Positions 57,807-64,000 of a stretch of 64,000 nt of DNA are shown in pieces; position 1 is the stretch's first letter; each line of letters opens with the position of its first letter. The notes under the pieces were generated by a model. It did no database searches, was not told where the DNA came from, and saw only the letters and a list, made by a program, of their open reading frames with translations. The DNA comes from a virus (taxonomy: Duplodnaviria > Caudoviricetes): positions 64,001 through 128,000 of the IMG/VR virus record IMGVR_UViG_3300031867_000003. One strand, 5' to 3'. The translations under genes were made by a program, and so were the position numbers.

Positions 57807-60800
57807 TCAGTGTCCGGCTTTTCTCATATCTTTAGCTATTTCTTTGGTAGTATAGTTATAAATGTTCTTTTTAAATGATGCATTGCTCATTAATCCCTTG
57901 GCAATTTCTTCTAACTGTGGCACTATGGACTGATCCGCGTTGCCGTCAATTCGAATAAGATTGTCATAGTGGATGGTGATGTTCTGATTTGTGCTATGAT
58001 TAATATTATATTCCGGTGTCTGGAAGTTAGGTGTCTAGACAGGCACCATTCCAGATTTAGCCATAGCCATAAGGTTCTCCGTAAGGTCTGCCGGGATAAC
58101 TCCGTCTCCGGCTTTTAACGGCATTAACATTACACCACGACGGGTGATAATAGCTTCCGGACCCTTTTCGTTGATTTGATAAAGCCCCGGCTTCGCGGAT
58201 TTCGTTCCTTTCGCAAGACCGCCACTAAGATATTCTTCTCCTAGTTTACCGCCACTGAAATCACCGTTTATGAGTAATTGTCTAAACATGTCATTAAGAT
58301 CGCCGACCTGCTCGCTGATTTTTGTCGCCTCGGATTTCATAGCTTGCCAATAGTCGTATTCTTTTTGAGAAAGATTATCTTTATAAATGTCTAATTTCTT
58401 GCGTATATTACTGCTACTAAGATTAACTCCTTCAACATATTTATACTATACATCGAGATCTTCTCCGACCATCTATGGAACACCCATATTTTGTTCGCCC
58501 TAGAAGGCATCGGGGTGGAACGACTTAAGATAAGCATTAAAAGAAGCATTTACGTTACCAAGTGAAGCTTTAAGGTTAGTGGCAGAATCAACTACAAGTT
58601 GTGCCGCATGGTCAATATTTATAGATAAGTCTTTTACAAACTTCTCATAATTTTCTTGAAGTTTTGCTGAAAGATCGGTTAATCCGTCAATACGGAGATT
58701 TACTATATGATCTTTGACAGTGTCATCAAGTTCTTCTTGCATTTCCGCACGTTGTGCTTCAAGGCGAGCCTTTTGAGCACGGCTCTCGGCATCAGTTCAT
58801 TTATATTCACATGGTTCGCTACACCATGCCGTGTGAGATATAACCAATGGTATATCCACACTGCTCATGCTTTCACATGAGATTAGACTATATCATCTAT
58901 GGAAATTTTCCATAGTCTGTTGTTTCGAATTGCCAGCTTGCAATCCTACGTCCCTACACTCATCGGGACTAGTCGTTGAACGTTTCCTAGTATGTCTAGA
59001 ACTTCGCTGCTGATTGCCCAATATTTATCATTTTTAAACTATCGTAATTATTTATTATCACTGTAGTGATAAATCTCTAAGGGTTTCCCAGCAATTAAAC
59101 AGAATGCCCAATATAATTAGGCCATTTAGTGCGCGGATTTGCTGTTCGATAAGCTGCACATCTTTATTTTGCTTGCGTAGTTTCTTATCGTAATCGTACA
59201 TCTCTTTCTTTTTATTTATCTCATTTTTCCGGGCTTCAATAAGTTTGTTAATATAAGTAATTTCTGTTTGATACCTATCGGTTACATCCTTAATAATCAC
59301 CTGTCTCTGAGACGCGAGAGAAGTAATTACATCGCGAGATTGCGCTTCATATTCTTTCATTTTGGAGTTATATGTTTCTATATCAAGAGACGGATCTTCT
59401 CTTAACCGATTAGTAAGCACTTGTTGAGCTGTTCGAATTTTTGTAAACTAATCTTGTAGCATTTTATAGCTACGAACATCCATTGCGTATTTTGCAGTAC
59501 CAAGTTCAGTAAAGGTGCCGTCGGTCGTATACATCATTTCCGGAGAAATTGTTCCTTTGAGCTAATCTAAGGCTTTATGTACGGTGTCAATATTTTTAAT
59601 CATATCTTCCAAAGGTTTGAAATATACATCTTGCCTCATATCATCATATAAATTATTGATTTCTTCATCTAATTTATATACTTCTATATTAGCCTTTTGT
59701 ATATTTGCCATCATTGCTTTGTGCGCTTCGGAGTTCTCCAGAATTGTTCCGGCTTTAACATAGCTATCTAATAACTCCTGCTGGGCTTTCGCCTAATTTG
59801 CATATGCTTTTTGAGCGTCTTTTAATCGGTCGATTTGTCCTTCATAGTTGCTCTTCAAAAAGTCAATCGAAGAGTTCTTCTTGATAGTTGCTTTTCCGGA
59901 TTGATCATAAGAATAGCTAATTCCGTCAGTCAGTAATGTCGTGCGAGGTATATTGGTATTTCTGACGTATTCTCCGTCTTCATTCTTAGTAGCAATATAA
60001 TATCCTTTATCTACCGAATAAACAACTCTTGATTCACCGACTTTTTTTCCATTGGTCTTGAATGTCGGCTATGTGCTATTAAGTTGGTCGGGAGCAATAT
60101 AATATCCGCGTTCTTTCCATACTTTACGTATTTCTTCGCGGCGATCCGCCCAGGTTTTGGATAAATTAACGGCCGCTTGATACCAAGACTCGATATTATC
60201 CATCTTTTCCTATGCGATCTTTTGCTCGCGCTCTGCAACTTCAACCGCAGACTAAATGAGTTCTTCCCTCATTTTTTGCTCTTGTTCTCTGGCTTGACCG
60301 AGAGCGCCGGTAACATTTTCCAATGATGCCGTAGCATTATTCCATAACGCAACCGCCTCCCCAAGTTCGTTAGACACTCTTGTCGGATCTATTTTCCAAC
60401 CGTTATTTAAAGCTTTATTAATAAAATCTTTTTCTGATTTGGAAGCCTTTTTATACGCGTCATTGCTCAATATAGATTTCTTTGCTTTGTCGGATTCTTT
60501 TTTTAGCGAAGCCTATTGAGATGCAAACTGGGTTGTTATTTCCTATTGTTCCTCTATAGCGATCCGGCGCTTTTTCAATTCCTCTTTCAGCTAACGCATT
60601 TCCTTATCAATGTTTTCATTTTGCGCTATATAACTCGGCTTATTAAGAGAGCTTTCCATAAGTACATTAGCCTATCCATAAGAAGTGTCTTGTAAATTTT
60701 TCAATTCGTTTTTGTCGGCTCGGTTCTATTTTCTAGCGGCCTAATACGCTTTATCCGCACTATTCTTGGCGGTTTTGGCAGCTGCTTCTTTTTTGATTTT

Positions 60801-63800
60801 ATTATTGTAATCATCGACAAGCTTTTTGAAATAAGGCCCCCTATTTTTATTATATGGAATAAGTTCACCTTTTTTCATTGCGTTTAGTATTGAATTTTTA
60901 TCATTCTTCGAAACTTTTTTATTTGCTTTAAGATAATTTTCTAATTCAGTTTTGGATTTCTATGTTAAATCTTTGCGGCTTTCATATTTACTTTTGGCGT
61001 CATTATAATTCTATAACTTAGTGGCTCTGTCAGCTGTAGACTTAGCTACCACATCTTTCTATGCTTTTACCCCCGTGGCAAATTCTATCCAGCGCTGCGC
61101 AGACGCAATGCCGGATTTTCCGCCGGAAATTGCACTTGTTATTCCGGAAATAGTATTGATTCGGTTCTCAATTTTATCAAGCGCCTTCTCTAGCTTTTCG
61201 GTCGGTAGCTAGATAATCTGGCTCTGAAGATCTCTCATTGTATTCGCAAGTTCTTGTATCGCATTATTTGCGTCGCGAGATTTATTAATATAATCGAGAT
61301 ATGCGCGAGCGCCTTCAACAAAAGCGGCCTAATTAGGATTGGTCGTCTCTATTTGTTCAAGATTATATTTGCCTTCAAGTAAATCTTTTTGATTAAATTT
61401 GCTCCAGATATTTACTGTCTGTTTGTTTCCGTCTTTGTCCGTATAAACATAGGCTTTTGCTAATTCTTCGGCGAAATTTTTGTATGTCGTCGCGGCGCGA
61501 GAGTTGGCTTTAATTTCATTCTGGAGTGCGGTAACTTCGCTGCGAAGAAGTTTCCCCTTAGTTGCGTTGGTCACATAATCGGTAATCTTGTCGGCAATTT
61601 TCTTCGTTGCGTCAGCAAAATACTGAAGACGAAGTTCAACGTAATCGAATATTTCTTGGGAGAATTGAGGTTTATCGGCATTGTCATTGTTATTATTTCC
61701 GGCATTGTTGTTACCGCCACCACCGGTACTTGCTTGCTAATTGCCACTACCGACATTTACGTTGTTATTATTGCCGGTAACAGTTACTCCGGATTGCCCA
61801 CCACCGCCACCGGTCCATGTAAATGTTCCGCCGCCATTACCGGCATGAGCATTCATTCCATTAACTGTCCCTTTCGCAAATGCGGATGAGCCGCCAATTA
61901 TACGTGCGTGGCTAGATGTACGACCTTGTTTAAGAAGATCTTCCGTTTGTTTGTGATTAAATCATATATGTTTTTCTCAGTTCGCTACGCTGAGAAGGAA
62001 TTATTATAATTCCCTCATAGTTTCCTATGAGATCAGACTATATCATCTACTCAAATAGAAGAGTAGTTTACCGTTTCAAGGGTCAATAGCTTACCCCCTA
62101 CATGATAGTCGTTGAACCTTATTCTATTCGAATCTTGGCTGCTGATTACCAAATAATAATATTTTAAAAACTTTCACGATTATCTATATTTCATAATTTC
62201 GTTGTAGTTATTATTCTCTAATGGTTTTCCAGCAATTAGATAAATTTTTCAATGTATGTTGCCATACAAAGTCGCATAATTAATACGACGTCGCCCCTCT
62301 TAAGGTTTTCTATATGTGGTCCACCAGGAACGAGGAACCATTTGCCGTTTCTTATGATTGATTCCGTTCCCAATTCATTAATCAAGCTTTCTTGGTCTTT
62401 GTCTATTGCGATGTCACCTTTTGCATATCCACTCATATCTTTGTAGTTAAGCATATTATATGCGCTACCGGATTTTGCTACCTTGCCTTCTTCGTCAAAC
62501 GTGCCTTTTGCATAACCTCGCCCTATTGATGAGAGAGTACCAGAATATGAAGCAGCATTTTCTGCTTTACCAGGTTTATTAACTTTGCCAGGTTTATGCG
62601 AAGCACTAGAACTTGCACTCTAACTTGGCTTCACAACAGTACCAGTAACAGTAGCACTAACATGGGCACTAATACTAATGTTGGCAATCATAGCACGAAT
62701 TCTACTTACTGCACTTTGCGCAGCGCTTATTGCCCTATCTGCATTACCGTCAATTGTGATTCTGGCGGTTCTTCCATTCGCAGACGCAACCGCTTGATTA
62801 ATCGCACTAATTGCGCCAGAATTATTGCCATTAATGGTAATTCTACCGGAACTTGAGTTAGCATGAGAAACCGCAGTAGCTATTGAACTCATTGCCTAAG
62901 AGTTGTCTCCACCAATTGTAATTTTGGGGTTTGCATCTTCAACAGTGGAGACCACTTCTTCCACAGAAGAAATAGCCTACTCATTATTAGCCTAAATATT
63001 TATAGGTTCAGAGGCAGATGATTTGATATTATCAACCGCAGTTTGGATTGCCTAAACCTGTGAAAGAGCGCCGGAAGTTGTTATGTTTAATGCTATATTC
63101 TGGGCAGCAGCTTTAACTCTGTTAATTAACCCAGATAATGCACTAATCTAACCGGCTGCCTAACTGGTATTTGCAGTAGTTGTAACTGTTTCTGTTTTTG
63201 TTTGCGTCTAATCTTTATTTCCGCCAAATAAACCCGAAATAGCATTTTTTGCTTTTTGAATTACTTCAACTATAGTAACTTTTTTTGTCGCTGGTTTTTC
63301 CGCCTATGCTTGAATTTCATCCTAGCCGGTAGCTTCAAGTTTAACTTCCTTTGTGTACTCCTCGCCATTAATCGCAGCACTAACAGCTTCATTAATCCCC
63401 TAGAGAGAACCCTCGTCTAATTTGACGGGCATAGATATTTCTTTTCCGTCAATAGAATTAATCATTGCTTCGGCGGTTTCCACATCAGATGTATCTATGT
63501 CCAAAGTGGCGGAAAGAGTTCCATCATTCATCGATTGCTATAATTCTTCTAATGAACCGCCATCTTCAAGATACTGTTCTATTGCAACTCGCACGTTATA
63601 CTCCTGTTGGGTCTTTGCTTCAAGCTATTCAAGCTATGCAAGTGCTTCTTGTCCGCCTTCTTCTTCGACATTGATTTGCGCTTTCATTTCGGATATTTCA
63701 GCTAATTTATTCTAAAGTTCATCAACACTCATCGAAGCGGCATCGAATTGAGTAGCCCCCTCGAATTGAGTACCTTTAAATAATGCTTCAACCTTGTCGG

Positions 63801-64000
63801 TAGCAACAGTAGTACTATCACTGAATTGATTCATACTATTGATAGGTCCAGCAAAATCAATTACTCCAAGCGCCGCAAGAATCGGTACTAGCTGTTCAGC
63901 TTGGGCAGAAGATAAGCCAGCTGCTTGTGCAATACCCTCAAGGGCATCCTCAGCAGCTTCGAGTCCCTTAACATTATAGTCTCCATCTCCCAACTTAATC
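57807..64000 (-). CDS. Tape measure protein, 3' part (exons >64000-62285, 61962-59119, 58797-57807; many TAG)
   Basis: Long Ala/Lys-rich helical protein upstream of Dit; 'AKGT...INEKGPE', 'INELGTE...LKRGDVVFNHKQT'; frame continuous after removing two introns. Confidence 0.88.
58798..59118 (-). ncRNA. Group I intron A (321 nt, no endonuclease ORF) in the tape-measure gene
   Basis: P AATTGCTGGGAA, Q AATCAGCAGC, R GTTCAACGACTA, S ATGATATAGTCT; P1 GCCU/GGGC with U.G wobble; terminal G; spliced exons read NGL|TDAESRAQKARL. Confidence 0.92.
61963..62284 (-). ncRNA. Group I intron B (322 nt, no endonuclease ORF) in the tape-measure gene
   Basis: Near-identical P/Q/R/S elements; P1 GUCGU/GCGAC; terminal G; spliced exons read RGDVV|FNHKQTEDLL. 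Confidence 0.92.

Larger units (their letters stand above)
1..64000. mobile_element. Large temperate tailed phage genome segment using TAG=Gln in late genes
   Basis: Tape measure, Dit, Tal-like, tail fibre, holin and endolysin genes on -; replication and nucleotide genes plus integrase/attP on +; no host housekeeping operons. Confidence 0.95.

Noticed and set aside
21115-63714. Strong preference for G after recoded TAG codons
   Set aside because: A hand count gave about 23 of 47, not clearly above the high background of G-starting codons in tail proteins.
19073-63715. Plus-strand ORFs in the late region (and minus-strand ORFs in the early region)
   Set aside because: They are antisense shadows of real genes with no recognisable motifs.
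19306-64000. Late region as a decayed prophage full of pseudogenes
   Set aside because: Apart from the two introns, the interruptions are TAG only, in frame, and align with Gln; no frameshifts were found.

Overview
This window is 64 kb of a large temperate, tailed phage, probably of an anaerobic Firmicute/Clostridia host (host is inference). The + strand (1-18.7 kb) holds early, replication and nucleotide-metabolism genes: PcfJ-like protein, NAD-dependent ligase, NrdH/NrdD/NrdG, dUTPase, dNMP kinase and a tyrosine integrase. An IscB element and a TnpB element are inserted here, and the block ends at an intact attP that carries the 5' half of tRNA-Pro. The - strand (19-64 kb) is the tail and lysis module. 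It looks fragmented in the ORF track only because TAG is read as Gln (code 15). Read that way, the fragments join into long in-frame genes, and internal repeats align TAG with CAA/CAG. The late region also contains a complete diversity-generating retroelement whose RT, Avd and target all need TAG read-through, and two ORF-less group I introns in the tape-measure gene. A second, TAG-free tyrosine recombinase sits next to an SGNH tail-spike segment bounded by recombinase-like inverted-repeat sites; this is a candidate receptor-binding cassette exchange system. A 181-nt tRNA-shaped RNA with a very large variable arm lies near the window start. Joined gene coordinates were checked by frame arithmetic; not every gap in the longest genes was translated codon by codon.
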